A stretch of DNA of 64,000 nucleotides from contig CAVXTH010000009.1 of assembly GCA_963764625.1 (NCBI GenBank), positions 128,001 through 192,000 on the forward strand, given 5' to 3'. The translations under genes were made by a program, and so were the position numbers. This stretch comes from Candidatus Krumholzibacteriota bacterium. GTDB lineage: Bacteria; Krumholzibacteriota; Krumholzibacteriia; JAJRXK01. Shown here one piece after another: positions 20,413 through 29,906 of this stretch. Within the stretch, counting starts at the first letter, position 1. Every line of letters begins with the position of its first letter. Below the pieces are notes generated by a model, which searched no databases, was not told where the DNA came from, and was given only the letters and a program-made list of their open reading frames with translations.

Positions 20413-21561
20413 ATGAAGCGAATTCTGTTCGTCGGAATCCTGTGCCTGGGACTTCTGATGACGGCTACCCCCGCCGCCACCGCGGGGGACGCAGGGCCGT
20501 CCTTGGGCCTGCCCCCGGTGCCGATTCCGGCCGACAACCCGCAGACGCCGGACAAGATCGCTCTCGGCGACAAGCTGTTCCACGACAAGAGATTCAGCAC
20601 GACCGGCGAAGTCAGCTGTTCCACTTGTCATGACAACGACAAGGCCTTCACCGACAGTCCCCTGCGGTTCTCCGAAGGCATCAATAAGCTCAACGGAACC
20701 CGGAACGCGCCGACGGTGGTGAATGCTGCCTACTTTGGAACGCAATTTTGGGATGGACGTTCCCCGGATCTCGAAGATCAGGCGCTGCACCCCTTCGTAA
20801 ATCCGGTCGAGATGGGTCTACCAGACCACGAGCCCATTCTGGCCCTGGTGCGGGAGGATCCAGAGTACGTCGACGCATTTGGCAAAGTCTTCGGCAAACA
20901 CGGCATGGGGATCACCATGGTGGAGGTGACCGACGCGATCGCCGCGTTCGAACGCACCATCGTGGCGGGAGACTCGCCCTTCGACCGCTACTACTACGGA
21001 GGCGACGACCACCGCGCTTACGCCACAGCAGATCCGCGGTTTCGATCTCTTCGTCAACAAGGGGCGCTGCCTGTCATGCCACGTGCTCGAACAGACCCAG
21101 GGAATCTGTTCACCGATAGCCGATTCCACAACATCGGAGTGGGCATCAACGGCATTCAGTCGGATGTACCCGAATTGGCCCACAAGTTCTTGCAGGCGGA
21201 CGCCACCCTGAGCGAAGTGGATGTGGAGGTTCTGACCGATCCGAGAACTTCGGAGTTGGGACGCTTCGCGGTTACGCGCAAGTTCGACGATCTGGGAGCG
21301 TTCAAGACACCAACCCTGCGAAACGTCGCGGCTACTGCACCCTACATGCATGACGGTAGTATCAAGACTCTGCGCGAGGTCGTGGTGCACTACAACAACG
21401 GCGGCGTCACCAACGAAGGCGACCCCGTGAACGACTTTCTCAGCGGCGGCATCAGGCCGCTGAATCTGACCGAGAGTGAGATCGACGACCTCGTCGCGTT
21501 CATGGAAGCTCTCACCAGCCCTCAATTCACCGAACTGGCCGTCAAGGCCGGCACGGAATAA
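20413..21561 (+). CDS. Diheme cytochrome c peroxidase superfamily protein, MauG-like; compensating frameshifts about 21010-21105
   Basis: CSTCH, RNAPT, QFWDGR, NPVEM, second heme site CLSCH in shifted frame (ALTPQQIRGFDLFVNKGRCLSCH), FKTPTLRN, PYMHDG. Confidence 0.9.
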   Translation: MKRILFVGILCLGLLMTATPAATAGDAGPSLGLPPVPIPADNPQTPDKIALGDKLFHDKRFSTTGEVSCSTCHDNDKAFTDSPLRFSEGINKLNGTRNAPTVVNAAYFGTQFWDGRSPDLEDQALHPFVNPVEMGLPDHEPILALVREDPEYVDAFGKVFGKHGMGITMVEVTDAIAAFERTIVAGDSPFDRYYYGGDDHRAYATADPRFRSLRQQGALPVMPRARTDPGNLFTDSRFHNIGVGINGIQSDVPELAHKFLQADATLSEVDVEVLTDPRTSELGRFAVTRKFDDLGAFKTPTLRNVAATAPYMHDGSIKTLREVVVHYNNGGVTNEGDPVNDFLSGGIRPLNLTESEIDDLVAFMEALTSPQFTELAVKAGTE

Positions 21562-21575
21562 AGAGAGGAGCCGAC

Positions 21576-22652
21576 ATGTCCACATTCAAGATGAGCCGGC
21601 GTGAGTTTCTCAAGGGCGCGGGCGTCGTGACGGCGGCGAGCTGTCTACCGATGAGCATGGTGGAGTTAGCCTTCGCCGATTCGCGTCAGAACTTCAGCTT
21701 CGCCTACATCTCCGACTCCCACCTTCAACACATCTCTGGCACCAGCTTCGTCAACAACTGGGACCGCGGACTGATCCGTGCCGTGGCCGAGACAAACTTG
21801 CTCACTCCAAAGCCCGACTTCGTGGTGTTCGGAGGCGACCTGGCTCAACTGGGGAAGAGAGAGGAGCTCGACCATGGGGCCGAGATACTGTCCAAGCTCA
21901 ACGGCAAGACCTATCACGTCATGGGCGAGCACGACTATTATCTCGATCTCGGCAAGTACTGGTCGAAGCTCTACGGCGATCACTATTACAGCTTCAACCA
22001 CAAGGGAACCCACTTCGTCGTCCTCAACAGCATTCTCACCTACGACGACTGGACCTTCAATCGCTGGCCCAGCGCCGAGCAGCGCATGGTGGAGATGGCG
22101 GGTCTGGACAACCCCAACGGCTCGCCCTTCATGGTCGGCGACAAGCAGCGCGAGTGGCTGAAGAAGGACCTTGCCAAGGTCAAGAAGGACACTCCCGTCG
22201 TAGTCTTCTCGCACTCACCGATCCAGAAACTGTACAAGGGATGGAACTTCTGGACGGAAGATGCCGAGCAGATCCACGAGCTGCTGAAGCCCTTCGACAA
22301 GGTGTCGGTGATCTACGGCCACGTCCATCAGGTGCAGTACAACCAGATCGGAAACATCAGCTTCAACGCGGTGATGGCGACGGCGTGGCCCTGGCCGTAT
22401 CCGGAGAGTTACGCGCAGGCGCAGCATCACATGCCGAAGTTGACGGTGCGGATGAACCGCGCCGATCCCTTCTTCGAGAGAGATGCCACCGGCTGGCAGT
22501 TCATCGACGTCAACACCGGTAAGGTCGCGCTGAAGTACAACCTGTACAACAACACCAACCGCACCGTGGCCTACAACCCCGAGACGGGACAGCCCGAGGA
22601 CACCACGTTCCAGGATGAATCCGAGCGGATTCCCCCGCAACTTCATTTCTAG
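21576..22652 (+). CDS. Tat-exported calcineurin-like metallophosphoesterase-fold protein
   Basis: SRREFLK Tat motif; DSH, GGD, GEHD, SHSP, GHVH metal motifs. Confidence 0.88.
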   Translation: MSTFKMSRREFLKGAGVVTAASCLPMSMVELAFADSRQNFSFAYISDSHLQHISGTSFVNNWDRGLIRAVAETNLLTPKPDFVVFGGDLAQLGKREELDHGAEILSKLNGKTYHVMGEHDYYLDLGKYWSKLYGDHYYSFNHKGTHFVVLNSILTYDDWTFNRWPSAEQRMVEMAGLDNPNGSPFMVGDKQREWLKKDLAKVKKDTPVVVFSHSPIQKLYKGWNFWTEDAEQIHELLKPFDKVSVIYGHVHQVQYNQIGNISFNAVMATAWPWPYPESYAQAQHHMPKLTVRMNRADPFFERDATGWQFIDVNTGKVALKYNLYNNTNRTVAYNPETGQPEDTTFQDESERIPPQLHF

Positions 22653-22665
22653 AAGGAGTGAGACG

Positions 22666-23079
22666 ATGCGAACGAAAATTCTGGGAGCCTCGCTCCTTAC
22701 GCTCGTGATCTTGATGGTCGCGGGAGATCTCATGGTTCGCGCCGACGAATTCTCCAAAGAGGATCTGGCGCGCTGGCAAGAAGAGTATATGGGCGTGGTC
22801 GCACGGGGCCGCGAATTGTGGACGAGTCCCGACCTGGGGACGAATGGCGTCGCATGTGCTCAGTGCCATCCGAATGCGGCGGATACGCATCCGGAGACCT
22901 ACCCAAAATTCCAGCAGCAGCTGGGCCGTGTCGCCCCGTTGCGCGACATGATCAACTGGTGCCTCATGAATCCTCTGGAGGGAGAGCCTCTCGAATTAGA
23001 TGATCCCGATCTGGTGGCGATCGAAACCTACGTGAGCTATGAGCGCAGGGGAGTACCGATGGCGCCAGGCAAGCACTGA
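22666..23079 (+). CDS. Monoheme c-type cytochrome, SoxA/TsdA-like domain
   Basis: Signal peptide, CAQCH, YPKF...LRDMINWC motif. Confidence 0.8.
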   Translation: MRTKILGASLLTLVILMVAGDLMVRADEFSKEDLARWQEEYMGVVARGRELWTSPDLGTNGVACAQCHPNAADTHPETYPKFQQQLGRVAPLRDMINWCLMNPLEGEPLELDDPDLVAIETYVSYERRGVPMAPGKH

Positions 23080-23130
23080 GGCGCGGCAGCACACCGCAAA
23101 ACCAGTACGTGTATCATTTGACGCGTTACG

Positions 23131-23160
23131 AAAAGGGCCCCGTCGAAACGGGGCCCTTTT
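23131..23160. terminator. Bidirectional Rho-independent terminator
   Basis: aaaagggccccgt-cgaa-acggggccctttt between convergent genes. Confidence 0.9.
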
Positions 23161-23188
23161 GCGAAGAGCTCGAGCTCACGGATTGCCT

Positions 23189-24031
23189 TCACTTCTTCTC
23201 GAGCTTGACCTCTCCGCTGAAGACCGAGATCTCGATGCGGGCGCTCCCGTCGCCGTTGGTGAAGGAGAGTTCCTTCCCCGGAGCGAATTTCGAGGTGCGC
23301 TCTGCCTTCTGTCCGAACTCGTTGTCGATGTCTCCGCTGAAGGTGCTGATCTCGAATTCGGCGCCGATGCTCGAGGGCACGATCAGGTGTGCAGTGCCAC
23401 TGTGGCAGCTAATTTCCCAACTCGCATGCTTGGCCGCGTCCCCCGCGAGTTCGAAATTGCCACTGACGCTGCTGAATTCCAGCTTCTTCAGGGTGCCCGC
23501 GGTCATCTTTGCGTCTCCACTCACCACCGAGATTTCCAGACTCTTCTGAACTCCGGATACCCTGACATTCCCGCTGACACATCCGATCTCCACGTCGTCG
23601 GAGTTGCAGTCCAATTCGATGTCGCCGCTGACGGTCTCGATGTCGAGCGAACCATCGACATCGGTGATGTGGAAATTCGTGCTGACTCCCTGCACTTCGA
23701 GTTCACAGCCCTTTGGAACCATGAACTCCAGGGTGGAGCCATCGAGGCCTCGGTTGTTCTGAGGATAGTCCACCCGGAAGGCCATGTCGTCTTTGTCGCC
23801 CTCGATCTCGAAGCCGTTGGCCTTGGGGTCGAGAGTTCCGGTGACGTGGACCTCGTTCTTGTCCCAGGCGGTAATCGTGACGTCTCCCGCTAGCACTTCG
23901 ATCGAGATCTGAGCGTCAGCATCGACGCTTCGCGTCTCGTCCACCTTGGTGGCGCTAAAGCTCTTCGGAATGCCGAAGAGGGAGACGGCCAAGAGAATCC
24001 CCAGGGCCGAAAGTAGTCTCGAGTTCTTCAT
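23189..24031 (-). CDS. DUF4097-like beta-strand repeat exported protein
   Basis: Signal peptide and repeated (V/F)SG(D/N) motifs. Confidence 0.8.
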   Translation of the reverse strand: MKNSRLLSALGILLAVSLFGIPKSFSATKVDETRSVDADAQISIEVLAGDVTITAWDKNEVHVTGTLDPKANGFEIEGDKDDMAFRVDYPQNNRGLDGSTLEFMVPKGCELEVQGVSTNFHITDVDGSLDIETVSGDIELDCNSDDVEIGCVSGNVRVSGVQKSLEISVVSGDAKMTAGTLKKLEFSSVSGNFELAGDAAKHASWEISCHSGTAHLIVPSSIGAEFEISTFSGDIDNEFGQKAERTSKFAPGKELSFTNGDGSARIEISVFSGEVKLEKK

Positions 24032-24043
24032 GGTCACACCTTT

Positions 24044-24715
24044 CTAAAGGGCGGTCGTTTGGGCGGCAATCCGTTGCAGAATGTCTAGCTTGTTCCGGTA
24101 ACCCGCTGCCAGGCTGCGGTACCCCGGAGAGTTCACGTCCGTTTTGTTCATGGCGGCGACGGTCTCGCGCAGCGCCTGTGCGATCTGGTCCAGGCTCCGG
24201 TCCAAGGCGAGCTCAGTGGCCGAGGGAAGATCTCCATCCTTTCTCGCGAAGACGGTCCGGCAGTCGCTGATCATGGACTGTGAGCAGAGAGCGAGCATGT
24301 CCTTGTCGTTGCTTTGCACCGGGGAGGATTGCGGATGCAGTCCCCGCAGTGTCGGAGGCAAGAGCAGCGCGAAGGCCAGGACTGCCGCCAAGAGCCAGGT
24401 CACCGAACGGAGCGAGAGAAGAGAGTTGCCCTCGGACGCGGCTGGCCTGCTACTCGGAAGGTTGATCACCTTCGCTGGTGTGCCGGCCGTTGCTTCGTCC
24501 AAACGCACCTCAAGCTCGGGCCAGAGATCGCGCGAGGGTTCGATTTCCTCGGGGAGTTCCCGGACGCTGGCCAAAAGCGAGCGCAGGGACTCGAGTTCGA
24601 GGCGGCAAGCCGTGCAGGACTGCAGGTGCGCTTTCACTTCCTCTGCTTGCCGGGGCTCCAGCTGCCCATCCGCGAAGTCGTCCAGTTGCGCGAGGATTTT
24701 TTCGTGCGTCGTCAT
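24044..24715 (-). CDS. Zinc-finger (zf-HC2) anti-sigma factor
   Basis: HLQSCTAC motif, one TM helix, follows ECF sigma. Confidence 0.85.
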   Translation of the reverse strand: MTTHEKILAQLDDFADGQLEPRQAEEVKAHLQSCTACRLELESLRSLLASVRELPEEIEPSRDLWPELEVRLDEATAGTPAKVINLPSSRPAASEGNSLLSLRSVTWLLAAVLAFALLLPPTLRGLHPQSSPVQSNDKDMLALCSQSMISDCRTVFARKDGDLPSATELALDRSLDQIAQALRETVAAMNKTDVNSPGYRSLAAGYRNKLDILQRIAAQTTAL

Positions 24716-25254
24716 GCCAATGCCTCCCTCAGGAGTCTGCGGGCGCGGTGGAGTTGCGCTTTGACCGTTCCGATCGCGAGATCGGAGAGCTCGGCGATCT
24801 CGCGGATCTTGTAGCCCTGCACGTCGTGCAAAACGAAGGCGCTGCGGGCTCCGTCCGGCAGCGTAGCAATGGCTCTCTCGAGGTCCATGCGATGTCCGCC
24901 GTGCTCGGGACGACTCCGGGTCTCCGGGATGGTCCCGACTTCCGGAGCTTCGTCGAGAGAGGTCTCCCGGGCGTCCCTCCGGCGCGTCCTGCGCCGCTGA
25001 TCCAAGACCACGTTGACCGTCAGCCGGTGTAGCCAGGTCGTGAAACGACTGCGACCCTCGAAGGAGGAGAGATTTCGCCAGGCCCGAATGAACGCATCTT
25101 GGGTGAGGCTCTCCGCCAGATCCCGATCGGCACTCATGCGCAGGCAGAGGGCATATACGCGGTTGACGTGCAGGTGATAGATCTGCTCGAAGGCGCTCCG
25201 GTCGCCGTCACGCGCGCGGTCGAGGAGGAAGCCGAGATCGGGCGGTTCGGTCAT
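24712..25254 (-). CDS. ECF RNA polymerase sigma factor
   Basis: GDRSAFEQIY, QDAFIRAW, FTTWL, GTVKAQLHRAR. Confidence 0.93.
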   Translation of the reverse strand: MTEPPDLGFLLDRARDGDRSAFEQIYHLHVNRVYALCLRMSADRDLAESLTQDAFIRAWRNLSSFEGRSRFTTWLHRLTVNVVLDQRRRTRRRDARETSLDEAPEVGTIPETRSRPEHGGHRMDLERAIATLPDGARSAFVLHDVQGYKIREIAELSDLAIGTVKAQLHRARRLLREALA

Positions 25255-25588
25255 CTCGAGCACCTCTGCACCGCAAGTAGGTTGCCGTTCTGGCAGCATT
25301 CCGCTCTCCGGGGTCGAATTGTTTCGTGCATATGGTTCGACTTCCGGCGGGCCCAAAAGGCTTAAGGCCGGACCAGAGATTTCAAGAATTCCCTGAAGGG
25401 GGCCCGAGACCCAGGATCCGCGTTTCTGGGCCCAGGGGAAAGCTCTCATTGGAGAATTCGGCCGATTCGGCCTTGCCCCGGGCCGGACATCGGTTCTATC
25501 CATTTAAGGACGTGTTGAAGCATCTGGTGTAGAACTTCTCCTCGAGGGAGGACTCCGCAGCCAACGAGCCGGAAAGAAAGGTAGAGCA

Positions 25589-26092
25589 ATGGGAAAACGA
25601 GGACGTGAAATCGTCGGCATGGATGTGGACGAGTTGCTAAGACTGCTCAATCAGGCATACGCCAGCGAGTGGCTCGCCTATTACCAGTACTGGCTGGGTG
25701 CGAAGCTGATCAAAGGACCGATGAAGGGCGCGGTTGCGGCCGAACTCGACCAGCATGCCACCGAGGAACTCGGTCATGCGCTGATGCTCGCCAATCGCAT
25801 CATTCAGCTCGGCGGCGTCCCGGAGCTCCAGCCCAAGAGCTGGGAGAAGCTGAGCCCGTGCAAGTACGATGCGCCCGAAGACGCCTACGTGGCGGTGTTG
25901 CTCGACCAGAACATCGACGGCGAGCAATGCGCCATCACGGCCTACAAGAATCTCATGGACGCGACCAAGGACAAGGACATGGTGACCTACAACTTGGCCT
26001 TGACCATCCTCGAACAGGAAGTCGAGCACGAAGAGGACCTACAGGGTCTTCGCGAAGATCTCGACCTGATGGTCGAACGCGGGAGCAAGTGA
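25589..26092 (+). CDS. DPS-like (DPSL) ferritin-family protein
   Basis: EWLAYYQYW, EELGH, EQCAI, EVEHE di-iron ligands plus two Cys. Confidence 0.85.
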   Translation: MGKRGREIVGMDVDELLRLLNQAYASEWLAYYQYWLGAKLIKGPMKGAVAAELDQHATEELGHALMLANRIIQLGGVPELQPKSWEKLSPCKYDAPEDAYVAVLLDQNIDGEQCAITAYKNLMDATKDKDMVTYNLALTILEQEVEHEEDLQGLREDLDLMVERGSK

Positions 26093-26180
26093 TCTGGCCG
26101 CGGGCTTCAAGTCACTGCTGAAAGGCCGATCCGACGACGAGGCAAAGCTGGGAGCATTCCTGGGCGTCTACACGCCGACG

Positions 26181-28538
26181 GTGCTCACCATCCTCGGCGT
26201 CATCCTGTACCTGCGCCTCGGCTGGGTCACCGGACAAGTGGGGCTGGCGAAGACGCTCCTGATCGTCGTCATCGCCAACCTCATCACCCTCGTCACCACG
26301 CTTTCCTTTTCCGCCATCGCCACCAACTTTCGGGTCGGCGTCGGCGGCGCCTACTACATCATCTCCCGTAGTCTCGGGCTCGAATTCGGGGGAGCGATCG
26401 GGCTTCCCCTCTTTCTCTCGCAGGCGTTCTCGGTGTCACTTTATGCCTTCGGTCTCGCCGAATCGCTGCGCCTGTTATGGCCCGGCGTGCCGATTCAAGT
26501 CGTGGCGTTCGTAATCGTCCTGGCGGTGGCAGTGCTCGCCCTTCGCGGCGCGCAGATGGCGCTGAAGGCACAGCTTCCCATCATGGCCTTGATCGCGGTC
26601 TCACTCATAGCGCTCATTGGCGGGGCGTTCGGCGGTGCCCGAGTGGAGGCCGAAGTCGCGCAGCCCGCCACCGCGGTGGGATTCTGGGTGGTGTTCGCGG
26701 TCTTCTTTCCCGCGGTGACCGGCATCATGGCGGGACTCGGACTCTCGGGCGATCTGCGCGACCCCATCAAGGCGATTCCCCGCGGTGCACTGGCCGCCAC
26801 CATCACCGGGTTTGTGGCGTACCTCCTCATTCCCTTCGTGTTGGCGCGTGGCGCCAGCCCGGAAGCGTTGCGCGAGAACCCCTTGATCTGGACCAAGATC
26901 GCGCCGCTCGGGGTGCTCTTGGTGATGCCGGGGCTCTGGGGGGCCATCTTCTCTTCGGCCGTCGGCTCCATTCTGGGCGCGCCGCGCACCCTGCAGGCGC
27001 TGGCGGCGGATGGGCTTGCCCCTCGGTTCTTGGGTCACACGCGGAAGCAAAAAGGCGAGCCGGTGAAGGGACTCGTCGTGGCGCTTGCGATCGCGCTGTT
27101 GGGGGTCACGCTCGGCGACCTCAACACGGTGGCGCCAGTGGTCACGATGTTCTTTCTCACCGTGTACGGCATGGTGAACATCGTCGCCGCGCTGGAGACC
27201 ATCTCCGGCGATCCCTCGTGGCGTCCGGCCTTCCATGTGCCCTGGTGGCTGTGTCTGGCCGCGGGGGTAGGCTGCTTCTGGGTGATGTTCCTCATCAATC
27301 CCAAGGCCGCGCTCGCTGCCATCGTGATCGAGTTTGTGCTGTGGAGCGTTCTGGCGCGTCGCGAAAAGCGCGCCGGCTGGGGCGACGTGCGGCGCGGTGT
27401 GTACGAAGCGCTCATCCGCTGGTCGCTGATTCGTCTCTCGCACCGCCCGATGACCCCTCGGAATTGGCGTCCCCACGTCCTCGTCTTCGTCGAGGATGCC
27501 GATCGGCGGCTCGATTTGATCCTCTTCGGCACCTGGTTCAGCCAGGGGCGTGGAGTGGTGACGGTGTGCGAACTCGTGGTGGGGGATCTCCTCGCCGAGG
27601 ACCTCTCGCTCGCCGAGCGCGAGGAGGGCATCCAGCGGACGCTTCGGAACGAGGGACTCGTGGCCTTCGGCGAGGTGGACGTGGTCCGCGATGTCGTCGC
27701 GGGCATCACCAGCGTGGCCCAGGCCAATGGCATCGCGGGACTGGACAGCAACACGATTCTCATTGGATGGCCGCGTGATACGGCACGAGCAGTGGAATTC
27801 CTGCGGGTGGTCCATCGTATGGAGCGACTCCACAAGTCGGTGGTCATCGGCCGGATTCCCTCACGAACCGTCGCCCGGGAAAGCAGGGAGCGCGTGATCC
27901 ACGTGTGGTGGGGAGGACTGCAGCGCAACAGCGACCTGATGCTGCTCTTGGCCCACTTGATCACTCTCAATCCCCAATGGCGCGATGCTCGGATCAAGAT
28001 TCTGAGCGTGGCGTCCAACGAACTCATGAAGGCCAATACCGAGGCCTATCTGGCCGAACTGATTCCCTCAATTCGCATTTCGGCCGAGGCCACCGTGATG
28101 CTGCGCGAAAAGGATCGCAAGATTCGCGATATCATCCACGAGGAAAGCGCCGAAGCGGACATCGTGTTCCTGGGCCTCGACCCTCCCGAGGAGGAAGCGG
28201 AGCTGGAGGCCTACGTGGAACGACTCACCGAGTTGAGTGATTCGCTCCGGACCGTGTTCTTCGTCAAGAACGCGAGCCTGTTCGTGGGGCAGCTCGTGCA
28301 GACGACGGAGGAAGTAGCTGCTGCTTCCGAGGAGGGCGAAGAAGAAGATTCCCCGCCACCCTCGAAACCGAGCCACTTCCTGAGTCGCGCAGCTTTCAAA
28401 GGCCGAGCCTACTTCCCTCTGAGACTATTGATCGTTCGGTTCAGGCCGCGAGCCGCTCGCCCAGCTGGCGCAGGAGTTTTGCTCCATCGCCCTCCCAGGC
28501 CGCACCGTGCATGCAGGCCAGAACCTGGGGCGAAGTGA
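26181..28538 (+). CDS. SLC12-like cation-chloride cotransporter / amino acid permease (both ends uncertain)
   Basis: LTILGVILYLRLGW, GGAYYIISRSLG, FFPAVTGIMAG, NWRPHVL; homology extends upstream (KLGAFLGVYTPT); 98-bp overlap with convergent gene. Confidence 0.85.
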   Translation: MLTILGVILYLRLGWVTGQVGLAKTLLIVVIANLITLVTTLSFSAIATNFRVGVGGAYYIISRSLGLEFGGAIGLPLFLSQAFSVSLYAFGLAESLRLLWPGVPIQVVAFVIVLAVAVLALRGAQMALKAQLPIMALIAVSLIALIGGAFGGARVEAEVAQPATAVGFWVVFAVFFPAVTGIMAGLGLSGDLRDPIKAIPRGALAATITGFVAYLLIPFVLARGASPEALRENPLIWTKIAPLGVLLVMPGLWGAIFSSAVGSILGAPRTLQALAADGLAPRFLGHTRKQKGEPVKGLVVALAIALLGVTLGDLNTVAPVVTMFFLTVYGMVNIVAALETISGDPSWRPAFHVPWWLCLAAGVGCFWVMFLINPKAALAAIVIEFVLWSVLARREKRAGWGDVRRGVYEALIRWSLIRLSHRPMTPRNWRPHVLVFVEDADRRLDLILFGTWFSQGRGVVTVCELVVGDLLAEDLSLAEREEGIQRTLRNEGLVAFGEVDVVRDVVAGITSVAQANGIAGLDSNTILIGWPRDTARAVEFLRVVHRMERLHKSVVIGRIPSRTVARESRERVIHVWWGGLQRNSDLMLLLAHLITLNPQWRDARIKILSVASNELMKANTEAYLAELIPSIRISAEATVMLREKDRKIRDIIHEESAEADIVFLGLDPPEEEAELEAYVERLTELSDSLRTVFFVKNASLFVGQLVQTTEEVAAASEEGEEEDSPPPSKPSHFLSRAAFKGRAYFPLRLLIVRFRPRAARPAGAGVLLHRPPRPHRACRPEPGAK

Positions 28539-29169
28539 GTGCGAGCTTCTCCGCCAGCGCCCGGACATTGCGCGTGTGAGAGAAGTAATCGAGTGCCCCG
28601 CGCATTTGCTCGCTGCTCTCCAGGATGTTCTCTTTTACCAGAGGCTGATGCTCGCTGCCTCCCTGGGTGAAGAGATCGCCACAGAACAGCGTCTTGGTGG
28701 AGTTCTCGTAGAGATGCCCGCATTCCCAGCCGTGGGGGAAGTGGGGGGTATCGAGCCAACGAACCACGTGCGTGCCCAGGGAGAGTTCCTCCCCGTCGCT
28801 CAAAGCGCGCGCCGGCCGGTCGGCAACGTCGTCGACGCTGACCATCTTGGCGATGGCGCTGCACAGGGGTTCGGCCTTGGGCGCGACCGTCAGAAAGTCA
28901 TTGAGGGAGCCGCATTCATCGGCCTCGTAGTGGGAAAAACCGATGTAACGCAGGGATTCGACCGGGATGACCGAGGCGATGGCTTCCTTCACCAGAGGAA
29001 ACATCTTGCGCGGACCGGTGTGGTAGAGCAAAGGCGCCTCGTCGACGACAAGGTATTGATTGAAGGTGAATCCTCCCGGAACCACTTCGGGCGGTACCGG
29101 AGTGCTAATGCGGTGAATCCCCTCGGCGATCTCGTCGATTCTCGTGCCGGTTTGGGTGTTGGTCGTCAT
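28441..29169 (-). CDS. Stand-alone FprA-like metallo-beta-lactamase (di-iron) domain protein
   Basis: FNQYLV, SHYEADECG, TPHFPHGW, CGDLF. Confidence 0.8.
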   Translation of the reverse strand: MTTNTQTGTRIDEIAEGIHRISTPVPPEVVPGGFTFNQYLVVDEAPLLYHTGPRKMFPLVKEAIASVIPVESLRYIGFSHYEADECGSLNDFLTVAPKAEPLCSAIAKMVSVDDVADRPARALSDGEELSLGTHVVRWLDTPHFPHGWECGHLYENSTKTLFCGDLFTQGGSEHQPLVKENILESSEQMRGALDYFSHTRNVRALAEKLALTSPQVLACMHGAAWEGDGAKLLRQLGERLAA

Positions 29170-29777
29170 GATGATTCGTTCTCCTTCTTCAGGTTTGTGG
29201 TTGGGTCATCGGGGTGGCCGAGAACGAGTGGGCGAAGGATCGCGATCAATTCGTCCCGGGCTTCCTCGGGGGTGAGCTCTCCGGAAAGACGGAGGGCCCG
29301 ATAGGTCAAGAAATCGAGGAGCCCGCGCACGAGCGGGGATCTGCGCGGTTCTAGGGGTTGGAGAATCTGGGTGATGGCGTCGGCCAGACCCTCGTAGGCG
29401 TTCATCTCTTGGTCGAGAGTGGGGGAATCCTCGCGGAGATGCGCGCTGGTCCACGCGTAGCCGAACATGGCCTCGTGAATGCGGCAGAGCTCGGCAACAC
29501 TGCCGGCCAATCGCGCGGCCGGGTCGTCGATCTCCCCTAGAGCGTCGAGGTCGGGCAGGGTGAGCGACTCCGCGAAGGTGCGGGTGCAATTCTGAAAGAG
29601 TTCCTCCTTGGTGGGGAAGTGATTGCGCACTGTGGGCAGCGAGCAGCCCGCTTCCTCGGCGAGGGGACCGAACTCGGTGATCCCTTGCCAGTGGAGCTTG
29701 AGGGCTGCCTCCAGGATTCGTTCGCGCGTCCGGGCGGCGGCTCTCTCGCGTCGGCGGTTGTCGTAGCGTCGAGTCAT
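29166..29777 (-). CDS. TetR/AcrR family regulator
   Basis: TRERILEAA...LAEEAGCSLPTVRNHFPTKEEL helix-turn-helix. Confidence 0.88.
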   Translation of the reverse strand: MTRRYDNRRRERAAARTRERILEAALKLHWQGITEFGPLAEEAGCSLPTVRNHFPTKEELFQNCTRTFAESLTLPDLDALGEIDDPAARLAGSVAELCRIHEAMFGYAWTSAHLREDSPTLDQEMNAYEGLADAITQILQPLEPRRSPLVRGLLDFLTYRALRLSGELTPEEARDELIAILRPLVLGHPDDPTTNLKKENESS

Positions 29778-29784
29778 GAAGGAA

Positions 29785-29890
29785 GAGTAGAAAAATAAAT
29801 AAGAACCAGCAATATTGAATATTGCATATAGATAATAATAAATGAAAATCACACATAATACATTGTAACTAATTAAGTTACAACATCTAA
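29785..29890. promoter_or_regulatory. AT-rich promoter island with two inverted repeats
   Basis: gcaatatt-g-aatattgc (29809-29825) and ttgtaact-aatta-agttacaa (29863-29883). Confidence 0.6.
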
Positions 29891-29906
29891 AGGCTCGCGG
29901 ATCTCT

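Noticed and set aside
23189-25254. ECF sigma / anti-sigma / DUF4097 trio as a novel system
   Set aside because: A common arrangement with nothing unusual visible here.
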